Assembly (NCBI GenBank): GCA_963727455.1 | Contig: CAVSGG010000012.1 | Span: 32,001-96,000 of the forward strand | Length of the DNA: 64,000 bases | Source of the DNA: Candidatus Krumholzibacteriota bacterium | Lineage (GTDB): Bacteria; Krumholzibacteriota; Krumholzibacteriia; JAJRXK01 | Direction: 5' to 3' | In this document: piece by piece, positions 18,297-28,122 of the stretch | Position numbering within the stretch: position 1 is the first letter of the stretch | How the letters are laid out: every line of letters begins with the position of its first letter | Translations under genes and position numbers: made by a program | Notes under the pieces: model-generated | What the model saw: the letters and a program-made list of their open reading frames with translations, nothing else | Told to the model about the DNA's origin: nothing | Databases searched by the model: none

Positions 18297-19154
18297 TCAA
18301 AGCGAATCGGCGGGGGCCTGCTCCATCTGGGAGTCGGCCGGCGCCTGCTGCATCTGCGAATCAGGCGCTGCCTGCTCCATCCCCGAGTTGCTGGTCTTCA
18401 CCGAGCTGGTCTCCGAGAGCAAGAACTGATAGAGCTGACCCACTGCACACGCGTTGGCCCGCTTCAACGCCGCCGGCAGAAAGCGCTCCGCCAGCTTCTT
18501 GTCCTCACGCGCCGAGATGGAGATCGCGACATTTCGCTTCTCCGAACCGGTGCAGGTGGTGTTCCACACCACCTCGTTCGTCTGTCGATCGCGGAGTTCG
18601 AGGCGAAGCTCGACGACTCCTTCGGTCTCCGTCGGCAAGGGGATGAAGGTCCCCAGCAACACCCCCACCAAGCCAACCTTGATCCCGTGACCCACGTCGG
18701 CTCCCGCGGCGGCGGCAAAGCCCACTCCCAGACCAGCCAAGAGCGGAACCGCGAACTGCTTGCCGCTTCGCTTGAGCTTGGTCGTCATGCTCAAGACCTG
18801 CGTGTGCAGGAGATAGTCCGCGTTTTCCGGGTTCTGTACCAAGCGGGCCACGCGGGTGTTCAAGATATCTTGCATCAGCGCGCGCCGCACCACACTGGCG
18901 ACGGGAACGTCGAGCTTGTCGTCAGCCGGAAAGCGCAGGCTGACGAAGGCACCCTTCCCCTCGCGCTCCTTCTGCGAGCGCAGGTCCGCCGGTTGCGCCA
19001 CATAGAGCGAGGTTGCCGGCCGCTCGGTGAAGATGTTCGCCGACTCCTTGGGATAGCGGAGGACGACGCTGTAGTGCGAGCAAGCCGCCAGACCTACCAC
19101 GGCGAGCATGAGACCGAGCGAAGCTACGGTGGACTTCCAATTCAAAGGAATCAT
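18297..19154 (-). CDS. Hypothetical lipoprotein
   Basis: Lipobox LAA-C after a hydrophobic signal, internal Gly/Ala-rich hydrophobic hairpin, repetitive tail. Confidence 0.75.
   Translation of the reverse strand: MIPLNWKSTVASLGLMLAVVGLAACSHYSVVLRYPKESANIFTERPATSLYVAQPADLRSQKEREGKGAFVSLRFPADDKLDVPVASVVRRALMQDILNTRVARLVQNPENADYLLHTQVLSMTTKLKRSGKQFAVPLLAGLGVGFAAAAGADVGHGIKVGLVGVLLGTFIPLPTETEGVVELRLELRDRQTNEVVWNTTCTGSEKRNVAISISAREDKKLAERFLPAALKRANACAVGQLYQFLLSETSSVKTSNSGMEQAAPDSQMQQAPADSQMEQAPADSL
18304..18384 (-). repeat. 3 x 27-bp imperfect tandem repeat encoding M(E/Q)QAxxDS
   Basis: Plus-strand units GAATCGGCGGGGGCCTGCTCCATCTGG / GAGTCGGCCGGCGCCTGCTGCATCTGC / GAATCAGGCGCTGCCTGCTCCATCCCC. 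Confidence 0.85.
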
Positions 19155-19191
19155 CCCTTCGAAGGAGCGAATCGAAGTTTCCGTGCTTCTC

Positions 19192-19941
19192 TCAGAGCTC
19201 CAGCGCTAGGCCGTCCGAGCCCATGACGATTTCACCGTCGTAGTGATTCCGCACTTCTTGTTCGACAACTCCTGGATCCGTTCGTGGGTACAGGTGCGTG
19301 ATGACGAGTCTCTCCACCTCTGCCGCGCGAGCGATTTGTCCGAGTCGACTGGGCGCCATGTGGGCCGCCTGCGCCTGCGCGTCGGTGAACGAGCATTCGG
19401 AAATCAAGATATTGGCTCCCTTGGCCAGATTCAAGAGGCCCTCACCGCGCTCGGTATCCCCGGTGTAGACCACGCTCTTGCCTTCGGCGTCCACCCGGTA
19501 GCCCAAATTGGCCATGCTGCCGTGGTCCAGAAAGGCCGTTTTGATCTTCGCGCCCCCCTCTTCGAATTCGCATTCTTCCGCTTCCCTCAGGTGCAGGGGA
19601 TAGGGAGGTTCCAGCCATTTCCACCCGCGACGCAAGTTCTCCAGGAGGTTGGCGAGGCCCTCCGGCGCCGTGATGTGCAGGGGCTCACTGCGCGCAGGCT
19701 CCGGTGCATAGCGCAACGCGAATAGCAAGGGTACGATGTCGCAACAGTGATCCGGATGCAGGTGCGTCAGATGCAGGTACTTCAGGGTGAGGGGATCAAG
19801 TCCCGCCTCCGCGTAGCGATTGAGCACACCTCTTCCCATATCGAATCCCAGGATTTCTCCACCGGTTTCGACCACCAAACCCGCCGAGGCCTGTCCGGCC
19901 ACCGGGTGCAGAGTTCCGCTGCCAAGGATGCTTATCTTCAC
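19192..19941 (-). CDS. MBL-fold metallo-hydrolase (RNase Z/BN-like)
   Basis: ILGSG, D.G.G, THLHPDH, YTGDT, ECSF, ITHLYP. Confidence 0.9.
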   Translation of the reverse strand: MKISILGSGTLHPVAGQASAGLVVETGGEILGFDMGRGVLNRYAEAGLDPLTLKYLHLTHLHPDHCCDIVPLLFALRYAPEPARSEPLHITAPEGLANLLENLRRGWKWLEPPYPLHLREAEECEFEEGGAKIKTAFLDHGSMANLGYRVDAEGKSVVYTGDTERGEGLLNLAKGANILISECSFTDAQAQAAHMAPSRLGQIARAAEVERLVITHLYPRTDPGVVEQEVRNHYDGEIVMGSDGLALEL

Positions 19942-19958
19942 CTCGATGTTCCTTCCGT

Positions 19959-20726
19959 TTACGCGGAGCGGATTTTGATCTCCGCTCCTACTTGAATTCC
20001 CAGAGCTCTTGCCGCGCTATCGTTCCGCGCCGCCAGCTCTAGGGTTCCACTGCTTCCGATGTAGAGCAAACACTCTCCGGGATCGACTTCGTGGAAACTC
20101 CCACACAGACCCTGAAGAGTTCGATCCCCCAAAGTTACTTGGGGCACCGGAGCGAATCCGCGCAGGACCTCGGCCGGAACTCCGGTGATGAGGTTGCCGA
20201 AGATGTCGACCCAGAGAACGCGGGCGAGGATCGCGTCCGAGAGGCGGCGCCACCAGGGTTCACCGTCTCTCAACTCGCTGATGGGGCTCCCCAGCGCAGC
20301 GAGGGAGTCGCCCGTGGCGAGTCGAGCCGCTGCCACTGCGAAGATGTCCCGGCCATGAAAGGTACTGCTGGGATTGTCCACTGCCAGCTTTTCCACGTCC
20401 AGCTCGACCGCACTGAAGTCCTTATCCTTCAGGAAAGGCGCGAAGAGGCCGTTGTCCGGCCCTACCCAGAATTGGCCACGGGCGCGCAATGCCACCGCGC
20501 GCCGGGTCGAACCCACGCCCGGATCCACCACCGCAAGCTGCACGGTATCGGCCGCGAACAGGCCGGCATTGACGGCGAGCACGAAAGCCCCGCTGCTGAC
20601 CGCCCCGGCCGGGACCCCGTGGCACAGATCCAGTACCACCACCCGGGGCGCCCGCGCGGCCAAGACCGCCTTCACCGCGCCGACATACCAGTCCTTGGTT
20701 CCGAAATCGCTCGTGAATACGATCAT
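19959..20726 (-). CDS. SAM hydroxide adenosyltransferase (DUF62; SAM hydrolase/halogenase family)
   Basis: TSDFG..D.YVG, VVDPGVGS.RR, GPDNG, STFHGRDIF, D.FGNL. ATGA overlap with nhaC. Confidence 0.9.
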   Translation of the reverse strand: MIVFTSDFGTKDWYVGAVKAVLAARAPRVVVLDLCHGVPAGAVSSGAFVLAVNAGLFAADTVQLAVVDPGVGSTRRAVALRARGQFWVGPDNGLFAPFLKDKDFSAVELDVEKLAVDNPSSTFHGRDIFAVAAARLATGDSLAALGSPISELRDGEPWWRRLSDAILARVLWVDIFGNLITGVPAEVLRGFAPVPQVTLGDRTLQGLCGSFHEVDPGECLLYIGSSGTLELAARNDSAARALGIQVGAEIKIRSA

Positions 20727-22834
20727 CTTCGTTCCCCCACCGGCTTGCCCACGAAGCGCACGAGGAGACCCACCGCCAGAAGCGCCACCGGGAGTGAAAT
20801 CCACGGGCTGATGCTGAAACCGGCGGGGAGAGTTCCCAGAAGTACGGTGAGACCGCCCGCGCTGAGGGCATAGGGGATCTGCGTCCGGACATGATCGATG
20901 TGATCGCTCCCTGAGGCCATCGAGGACATGATCGTGGTGTCGCTGATGGGCGAGCAGTGGTCTCCCCAAACCGATCCGCTCAATACGGCGGCGATGCTTG
21001 CCACGAGAATTCCCTGAGCATGCGGCGCCGACAGATGCGCGAGTTCGGGCAATCGGTGTCCCAAGGGAATTACTATGGGCATCAAGATGGCCATGGAGGC
21101 CCAAGAAGTCCCGGTGGAAAATGCGATGAAGGCGGCCACCGCGAAGGTCACGCTCGGCAACAAGTGCGGCGGTAGATTTCCCGTCGTCCAATCCACCACC
21201 ACCGGCCCCGTGCCCAGTTCGGAGCAGACGTCCTTGATGGACCAGGCCAGCACCAGGATGATGAGCGCGGCCATCATCGCCTTGCATCCACCCACCCAGG
21301 CCTCGACCGCGCGGTTCAGGCTGAGGCTCCGGCCCGCTAGGGCCAGCACGATGGCGGAGAGGGATCCCGCGATCGCGGCCCAAAAGAGGGCGCGCGCCGG
21401 ATCGGCATGGGAGAAGAACTCGCGCAAGGGCAGTCCGGCCAAACCGGCGCTACCCAGCTGCGCCAACAACTGTTGACGACCGTCCCAGTAGAGTCCCACC
21501 AGGGAAGCCAAGAGCAGGACCACCACCGGTACCACGGCGCGGTGGGCTCGGGCGTCGGGCGCACCACTTTCGCTGAGCTGCTCCGCCACTTCGTCCATCA
21601 GCGGGCTCGCTCCTTCGCGCACTGCGAGACCCTCGTGCCGCGCGCGTCGCTCCGCTGTGAGCATGGGACCAAAGTCACGATCGAAAATCGCCACCATGAA
21701 CACGAACGCGATGGCCAGCCAGGAGTAGGTGGCGTAGGGAATGCTCTGAATGAAAATGGAGTAGGCGGACCCGCCATCGCTCCCAATCTCCTGCAGTCCT
21801 TCGCGAATGAGACTCACCTGGTAGCCGACCCAGGTGGAGATCAACGCCACCGTGGTTACCGGCGCGGCGGTCGAGTCCACGATGTAGGAGAGCTTCTCCC
21901 GGCTGATGCGCATACGATCGGTGATGGGTCGCATGGTGTTACCCACCACCAGCGTGTTCGTGTAGTCGTCGAAAAAGATGAGCAATCCCAAAAGCCAGGT
22001 CATGACCTGAGCGCTCTTCACCCCGCGGATGAGACGACCCACGAGATCGACCACGCCTTGGGTCCCGCCGCTGCGGGCCATCACTCCAACCATCCCTCCC
22101 ATGCTCGCGGTGAACATGATGATCGTGGCCTGGAAAGGATCCGCGAGCGCACCCACGATGTAGGTGTCCAGGGTGTGCAGGATTCCCAGGAAGGGATCGC
22201 CAACGCTGATCCACGCCCCCACCCAGACTCCCGCCGCCAGAGCGAGGACCACTTGCCGGAAGATGAGGGCAAGCAGGATGGCGAGAATGGGAGGTACGAT
22301 GACCATCCACTGGGGGACCGCGCGCAGGCTTCCCTCGACTTCCTCTCCATCGCTCAGACGAAGGGTGAAGCCCCCGTGTCCTGTCTCCACCAGCACCTCG
22401 TCCAGGACGACGACCCCGTTCTCGTCGCTGTGGACCGTCCAGTTCGAATCGGCCTGCGAGCCGGTCCAGGCTCCGTGCGGAATGATCTCGACGCGCTCAT
22501 CAGCGAGGGCCCGCGCGTGATCGTCGAAGAGCGTGAGCTTCGCCGTGCCCGGACGGCCGTGCAGGATTTTCTTTTCGCCCGAGACTTGCAGGTGCACTCC
22601 CGGACGGCTGATCTCATCGTCGGTGCCTGAAGAGTCGGCCCTAGCGCTCGCGGCATGGGCCGCGCTGAACGCGAAGCAGAGGACGAACACCCACCCCGCG
22701 CGAGTGCATGGGCCAAAGGGCCAAGGAAGGAGCTGCTGCTTCGGCACGTTGCTTTGAGACTCCGGCACTGGGAATGGGACGCAGCTTGAGGGAAGCGCTC
22801 CAAGTCCTTGAGAATTCGATAGCTGCCTGATCAA
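20723..22834 (-). CDS. Na+/H+ antiporter NhaC family transporter with extra N-terminal exported domain
   Basis: IFFDDY.N.L.VG, SREKL.YIVDSTAAP, FSTGTSW, GDHCSPISDTTI.SS, HVRTQ.PYA. True start uncertain. Confidence 0.9.
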   Translation of the reverse strand: MIRQLSNSQGLGALPSSCVPFPVPESQSNVPKQQLLPWPFGPCTRAGWVFVLCFAFSAAHAASARADSSGTDDEISRPGVHLQVSGEKKILHGRPGTAKLTLFDDHARALADERVEIIPHGAWTGSQADSNWTVHSDENGVVVLDEVLVETGHGGFTLRLSDGEEVEGSLRAVPQWMVIVPPILAILLALIFRQVVLALAAGVWVGAWISVGDPFLGILHTLDTYIVGALADPFQATIIMFTASMGGMVGVMARSGGTQGVVDLVGRLIRGVKSAQVMTWLLGLLIFFDDYTNTLVVGNTMRPITDRMRISREKLSYIVDSTAAPVTTVALISTWVGYQVSLIREGLQEIGSDGGSAYSIFIQSIPYATYSWLAIAFVFMVAIFDRDFGPMLTAERRARHEGLAVREGASPLMDEVAEQLSESGAPDARAHRAVVPVVVLLLASLVGLYWDGRQQLLAQLGSAGLAGLPLREFFSHADPARALFWAAIAGSLSAIVLALAGRSLSLNRAVEAWVGGCKAMMAALIILVLAWSIKDVCSELGTGPVVVDWTTGNLPPHLLPSVTFAVAAFIAFSTGTSWASMAILMPIVIPLGHRLPELAHLSAPHAQGILVASIAAVLSGSVWGDHCSPISDTTIMSSMASGSDHIDHVRTQIPYALSAGGLTVLLGTLPAGFSISPWISLPVALLAVGLLVRFVGKPVGERR

Positions 22835-22871
22835 TCCGGAAGTGTAACGGAGGATCCGAAGGGGTCAAGTC

Positions 22872-23786
22872 TCAGCTTCTTCCGCCCCGCTCTCCGTGCG
22901 CGTGGTCCTCTTGGGAGCTGGAAGGGTGCAGTGGGACCGGCCCCAAGTGCGGCTCGCCCAGGGGCCAGCGCTCGGGTTCTTGGTGGGCGTCGCGCAGCAT
23001 TCCCAAGAGCTGCGGGTGTAAGGCGGGACCCGCCGCCGCAATCCGTCCTCCCCAGAGAAAATCGTTCTCTCCCCGGTAGTCGCTGACGCGCGCTCCCGCC
23101 TCCTGGGCGATCAACGCGCCCGCCGCCACGTCCCAGGGCTTGAGGGTGGCTTCCCAAAAGCCGTCGAGACGGCCAGCCGCCAGGTAGCACAGGTCGAGAG
23201 CTGCGCTGCCGCCGCGCCGCACCCCCTGCGCCGTGGTCAAGGCCTCCGCCACGCATCGGAGGTTCATGCGGCAGGTGGAATCGCGGCGATAGGGAAATCC
23301 GGTCGCGAGCAGAGCGGTTTTCAACTCGTCGCAGGGACGCAATCGCAAGGGGTGAGGTTTGCGCCGCTTCCGTGGGTTTTCCAGACTGGCTCCCTCACCG
23401 CGGGTCGCCAGAAACAATTCGTCGAGTGCCGGGGCGTAGACCACACCGGCCACTGGAGTGCCCTTTCGCCAGCCTCCGATGGAGATGGCGTGGAACGGGT
23501 GGCCATGGACGAAGTTGGTAGTGCCGTCGAGGGGGTCCACGTACCAGCAGTCCTTTCCCTCCACCACATCGCGCGCACTCCCCTCCTCGCTGAAAACCGA
23601 CCAATCGGGAAAGCGCTGGCGCAAACTCTCCACCAGAATCTCTTCGATGCGCAAGTCGACTTCGGTAACCAAGTCCACCGGACCTTTGGTGGTTACATTC
23701 AGGTCTTTGCGCGCGTGCGTGACTTCGCGCCCCGCGAAGAGAACGAGTTCTCTCAAGAATGACCGGAACTCCGCGCCGCTCGTCAT
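22872..23786 (-). CDS. suhB: Inositol monophosphatase family protein
   Basis: DLVTE.D, EE, W.VDPLDGTTNF.HG, ATGFPY, RR.GSAALDL, WDVAAG. Confidence 0.9.
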   Translation of the reverse strand: MTSGAEFRSFLRELVLFAGREVTHARKDLNVTTKGPVDLVTEVDLRIEEILVESLRQRFPDWSVFSEEGSARDVVEGKDCWYVDPLDGTTNFVHGHPFHAISIGGWRKGTPVAGVVYAPALDELFLATRGEGASLENPRKRRKPHPLRLRPCDELKTALLATGFPYRRDSTCRMNLRCVAEALTTAQGVRRGGSAALDLCYLAAGRLDGFWEATLKPWDVAAGALIAQEAGARVSDYRGENDFLWGGRIAAAGPALHPQLLGMLRDAHQEPERWPLGEPHLGPVPLHPSSSQEDHAHGERGGRS

Positions 23787-23805
23787 CGATCTTCCAACCC
23801 CTTCC

Positions 23806-24378
23806 TCATTCTTCTTCGCACAATGCCAAGAGAGCCCCCTTCGCCAACTGGGCTTCGAAGACTTCGAGCGTGCAGTCCTCTCGCTCCCACGCGCGCGGCG
23901 GCAGACCGGCCTTCCGCGTCAGTGCATGCAAGAAGCCCTCACGATCCAGTCGGTGCTCGATCGCAACCTGCGGCAGAAGGAGTCCGCGACGCCCCTTGCA
24001 ACTGAGGATGAGCCCGTGCCGCCCCAGCTTGATGTCCTTCGGAGCGATCGGCTGGCTGTCGCTGAGAACGGAGAGCTCGATGGCGATCTCGCCGAGAGCG
24101 TCGGCGGGAATCCTCTCGAAACGGGAATCGTCGAGCGCCGCTGCCCGCGCCGCCTCCCCCACCGTCAGCCAAAGCGACATGGGAGACTCGACATAACCGA
24201 TGCAACCGGCGAGTGCGCCCCCGCGTGTGAGGGTTACGAACGCTCCGCCCTTCGCTTCCATCTCTTCCTCCGGACAGCTCTCCTGAGGCAGTTCTTCTCC
24301 GCGTAGACACGCAGCACAAACGCGCGCCGCGCGCCGCAAGAGAATTCGCAAGTGATACTCGCTCAAAAGCGCAGACAA
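23806..24378 (-). CDS. AMMECR1-domain protein (AmmeMemoRadiSam system protein A-like)
   Basis: GAFVTL...G.L.GCIG, AA..D.RF, IELSVLS, G.HGL, GLLLPQVA, KAGL. Confidence 0.88.
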   Translation of the reverse strand: MSALLSEYHLRILLRRAARVCAACLRGEELPQESCPEEEMEAKGGAFVTLTRGGALAGCIGYVESPMSLWLTVGEAARAAALDDSRFERIPADALGEIAIELSVLSDSQPIAPKDIKLGRHGLILSCKGRRGLLLPQVAIEHRLDREGFLHALTRKAGLPPRAWEREDCTLEVFEAQLAKGALLALCEEE

Positions 24379-24414
24379 GGTCCTACTCCCAACTCACATT
24401 TCCTCGCGGCGGGT

Positions 24415-26043
24415 TTAGTGGAGGCGCCAGAGTTCGAGCTGCTCCCCTCTCCAAAGAGGAGTGCCCCAGCCCTCCAGTGAACTCGCCATTCCGCGCGTCA
24501 CGACGACTTCGTTTACTCCGTCTCGTTTCAGATCGGCCACGCAGTATTCGTTCACCCCCCGGCAGCAAGATCGTCGCAGTCGCCGCACTTCCATGGGAAC
24601 AAAGCCGCTGCTGCCGCCGGCTACCGGGCGCCCACTGAGTGCCGACCAGAGCATGCACCTCGCATCCAGAGTCGTCTCCTCCTCTTCGTTGCAAGGGGCG
24701 GGCATCGCGATCCAAGCTCCTCTGTCCGTATCACCCGCGAGAGCGGAGAGCAAGGCCTGCTCTTCGCGATCGGGCTGGGCCCGCACCCTCTGCAAAGTTC
24801 CTGGCAGAAGATCCAGGAGCGCGAGAACCAGAAAGGACATCAGAAGCAGACGCAGCGGGCGAGGCATCGAAAGCGTGCGCCACTGCATGGCGGCGTAGCT
24901 GCCCGCGAGCGCAAGGAACAGAGTTCCCGGCAGGAAGAGCCGCGTGGGCGCCCGCAGCGATTGCAGGGCCCAAAACCGATCCTGGAGCCAGGCCAAAGGC
25001 AGTGGGACCTCGCCCAAGCCCGGCAGGGGCATGCTGCGGCCGAACGCGAGCACGAGGCCACAGATCGTCGCCACGGCCATGCCCCACCACAATGCGCGAG
25101 ATCCGGCCCCATTCGGCCCCCGCAGCGCCTTGAAAAAGCCCCAAAGCGCCACAAAGGGCCATAGCACTCCGGCGTAGAGCACGGGGCGGCCGGCCAGGGC
25201 CTTGGGCCAGGGTAGAAGGTGGACGGCCGGCGGGTGCAAGAGGTCGAAGGGACGCCCGGCGAAAGGTCCCACCGATTCCGGTCCGCGTACGAATCCCGCT
25301 ACCGCATCGGCCGCGTGCTCGTAGGGAACGCCGTTGTATCGCGCCCACAGGAGCCCGCCCGCCAAAAGAAAGCCCAGGCCCAGAGCCGCTTTGCTGCGCA
25401 GCGTGGGCAAAAGGAACAGCACCCCGATGAGCACGGTCATCCATAGCGAGGCTAGATTGTAGAAACCCCACAGAGCTTGCATCACTACCGCGAGCCCGAA
25501 CACGGGCAGTCCGTCCCAGCGACCCTTGGCCACGCGCAAGAGTCCGAAGAGCGCGGCGGGCAGCCATGGGGTCGGCAATTGGTTGAGATGGTGATAGTGG
25601 CCGGCCACCTGGGGACCCACGGTGTAGACGAAAGCGGCGAGAAGGGCGGCCGCGCGGTCCAAGCCCAACTCGCGGCCCAAACGGACCGCGGCCAGAAAGG
25701 CCAGCAAAAGCGTGCCGCACAGACAGAGATTGTAGGCGAGCGCCGGCAGCGCTTTCATTCCCGGCAAGAGCCGGATCAAGAGTGACTGACCGAAGAGGGT
25801 GTCCATGTAGGCCAGGCTAAAGGGGGCCGGCCAGAAGAACGGGGCCTGCCAGGCGCTCTCGTGCAAGGGAGAATGGCGCAACACCCACTGCAGAATTCCG
25901 CACTGCAGCAGCGGATCGAGTCCGCCCGCCAGCGAAGGCAGATCGCGCAGCGGGTTGGCGCGGGCGAGCAGGAGCGGAAGAACCGCCACCAGAACCCCTC
26001 CGGCGATCTGCAGCAGAAGCCATGTCCGATCTTGTCGTTTCAT
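24415..26043 (-). CDS. Multi-pass membrane protein, GT-C glycosyltransferase/YfhO-like
   Basis: N-terminal TM then loop LDP...W.APFFWP...LAY.D, about 12 TM segments, R.P.R motif, periplasmic C-terminal domain (P..GG.SGF.P). Confidence 0.65.
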   Translation of the reverse strand: MKRQDRTWLLLQIAGGVLVAVLPLLLARANPLRDLPSLAGGLDPLLQCGILQWVLRHSPLHESAWQAPFFWPAPFSLAYMDTLFGQSLLIRLLPGMKALPALAYNLCLCGTLLLAFLAAVRLGRELGLDRAAALLAAFVYTVGPQVAGHYHHLNQLPTPWLPAALFGLLRVAKGRWDGLPVFGLAVVMQALWGFYNLASLWMTVLIGVLFLLPTLRSKAALGLGFLLAGGLLWARYNGVPYEHAADAVAGFVRGPESVGPFAGRPFDLLHPPAVHLLPWPKALAGRPVLYAGVLWPFVALWGFFKALRGPNGAGSRALWWGMAVATICGLVLAFGRSMPLPGLGEVPLPLAWLQDRFWALQSLRAPTRLFLPGTLFLALAGSYAAMQWRTLSMPRPLRLLLMSFLVLALLDLLPGTLQRVRAQPDREEQALLSALAGDTDRGAWIAMPAPCNEEEETTLDARCMLWSALSGRPVAGGSSGFVPMEVRRLRRSCCRGVNEYCVADLKRDGVNEVVVTRGMASSLEGWGTPLWRGEQLELWRLH

Positions 26044-26061
26044 GCTCGAGCGTACCGATCT

Positions 26062-28077
26062 CTAGTTGACGTAGCCCAAGGAACGCAGGCGCGCGCGCAG
26101 TGCGGGATCGTGGATGGCCTCGTGGGGAATCTTGTCGACCTCGTGCCTCCAGCGGTCCAGGGCATCCAGGAGGGCGCGCTCGCGCGGGTTCAAGTCCTTG
26201 GCGGCGATCGTCGAATCCGTTTCGGCGTCGGGACCGCAAGCGTCGATCCGAGAGTACTCCAGCGATTCGTCATCCCGCAGCAGTCCTTCCCCGCCCGCAA
26301 AGATGAAGCGGGTACGCGGTGGACCGTACAGCAGGTCCTCCGCCAAGAGCCGCGGTGGCGCGCACTCACTCGGCCCCGAATCTCCCCGATCGGCATCGGG
26401 CTCGGCCTCGCGCAACTCTTGGCTGCGGCTTCGTCCAAAGACGTAGGGAGCGAGAGTCGAGTCCACCGAACGAATCGCCATGCCGTGCAGAGGCATCGGC
26501 GGCAGCTTGCAGAGCGCGAGCACCGTGGGACCGACATCCGAGAGCTTCATGCCGGCCACGCTTGCGTGCTCTGGCAGATCGAGTCCGCCGAAGGCCAGAG
26601 GAACCCGCAGAAGCTCGCCATAGAGAGTGTGGCCGTGTTCGAAGCCTCCGTGTTCGAAGAACTCCTCCCCGTGATCACTCGCCAACACCCACAAGAGTGG
26701 TCGATCGACCGAGGCCTTCTGTGCCGCTTGCAAAAGTGGTAAAACCTGGTGGTCCAGAAACGCGACCTCGCGCCGATAAAGTTCGTGCAGGGCCGACTTC
26801 TGCGTCTCGCTCAGAGTGTCGATGGCGCTGCGAACCGGGCCGAGATCACGTATTGCGCCATGCGAGAGGAAGGGAGCCAGGGAACTCAACCAGGGCCCGG
26901 GATGCGCATCGTGTAGCTCCCCCTTCGGTCCTCGCACGTGATACGGCAAGTGCGGGTCGATCACGTGGACCCACAGAAGCCACGGCCCCTTTTGCGGGTC
27001 GGGCTGCCGTAGCCACTTCACGGCCTTGCCGATGATTCGATCCCCCCGTTCCAGTCTCTCCTGCAGATGCCGGTGCAGAGTGCGAACCCAGATCATCTGC
27101 TCCACCGACTCCAGGCGTTCCAGACGCCCCGCGTGATCGAAGAAGTCGAAGCCGCGCGCGAAGCCCAATCCCGCTTCCAGGTGCGGGTTGCTGACGTAGG
27201 CCCGCGTGTGCCAACCGTGTCTCTCGAGAATCTCGGGCCACCACGATACTTCGGGGGAAACCCCGCGTTCGTGGTTGGCCCCGTGTCCGGTGGGAGCGAC
27301 GGCCGAAAACAGCGAGGCAAAGCTGGGTCTGGTCCACGGCGCGCAACTGAAGCCCTCGCAACGCACCCCCTGCGCGATCCAGGCGTCAAAACCGGGAGTT
27401 TTGGGCCCGCCGTAGGCCCCCAGGGCATCCTCGCGCAGGGTATCGACGGTGAAGAGCAGGAGATTCGGCGCGTTCGCGCCCGCCGTGGCGCGGCTTTGCT
27501 TCGGGGCAGGAACGCGCAAAGAAAAAAGAGCGGCGCCCATGAGCACGACGAGCGCCACCGACACACCACGAATCCACAGAACTTCGCTCGCCCCCGCTTC
27601 CGTCCAGCGCAACCAGAGCCGGCTGAGGGATGCCGCGAGAAACGCCGCGGCCAGCGTGGCCACGAGCGCGATCAGAAAACCCTCCCAGGCGAAGAGCGTC
27701 GGATGGTGGTAGCTCAGCAGCGGCCAGTGGGAGAAGCGAGCCAGGTAGTCGAGGTCCACCCATAGGGTGGGAAAGAGCGCCGCCAGCCAGACTGCGAACA
27801 GCGCGCCCCGGCCTGCCCCCGACGAGCGGCGCCCGGCCGCCCCGCGCAGCACCCTCCGCAAAAGCAGCATCAGCCCCGCGGGCAGCAAAAAGAGCAGAGC
27901 TTGCAAGCCCGTGATTCCCAGCCACGATGCGCCGTTATGGCGTAGATGGCCGATGGGAGGCGGACCGGTGTGGTGATAGAGACATTCCGCCGCGCCGAGC
28001 AGCGCCCCGCACAGACCAATCAGAGGAAGCACCCGAAGAAGCGAGACGACCCCGCCGCGATCGGAAGAAAGACGCAA
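26062..28077 (-). CDS. Membrane-anchored sulfatase-like (alkaline phosphatase superfamily) hydrolase/transferase
   Basis: About 5 N-terminal TM helices; PN.LL.TVDTLR.D, PWTRPS.ASL, H..DPH.PY, SDHGEEF.EHG..EHG, C-terminal LRSLGY. Confidence 0.88.
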   Translation of the reverse strand: MRLSSDRGGVVSLLRVLPLIGLCGALLGAAECLYHHTGPPPIGHLRHNGASWLGITGLQALLFLLPAGLMLLLRRVLRGAAGRRSSGAGRGALFAVWLAALFPTLWVDLDYLARFSHWPLLSYHHPTLFAWEGFLIALVATLAAAFLAASLSRLWLRWTEAGASEVLWIRGVSVALVVLMGAALFSLRVPAPKQSRATAGANAPNLLLFTVDTLREDALGAYGGPKTPGFDAWIAQGVRCEGFSCAPWTRPSFASLFSAVAPTGHGANHERGVSPEVSWWPEILERHGWHTRAYVSNPHLEAGLGFARGFDFFDHAGRLERLESVEQMIWVRTLHRHLQERLERGDRIIGKAVKWLRQPDPQKGPWLLWVHVIDPHLPYHVRGPKGELHDAHPGPWLSSLAPFLSHGAIRDLGPVRSAIDTLSETQKSALHELYRREVAFLDHQVLPLLQAAQKASVDRPLLWVLASDHGEEFFEHGGFEHGHTLYGELLRVPLAFGGLDLPEHASVAGMKLSDVGPTVLALCKLPPMPLHGMAIRSVDSTLAPYVFGRSRSQELREAEPDADRGDSGPSECAPPRLLAEDLLYGPPRTRFIFAGGEGLLRDDESLEYSRIDACGPDAETDSTIAAKDLNPRERALLDALDRWRHEVDKIPHEAIHDPALRARLRSLGYVN

Positions 28078-28122
28078 GGTGATTGCCCCTTAGAGAGTCC
28101 GCACCAGCACCATCGCCGACCC

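Noticed and set aside
19959-20726. Possible fluorinase/chlorinase
   Set aside because: It has the Asp/Arg/His pattern (DPG, RR, TFHGRD) of SAM hydroxide adenosyltransferases and no biosynthetic cluster context.
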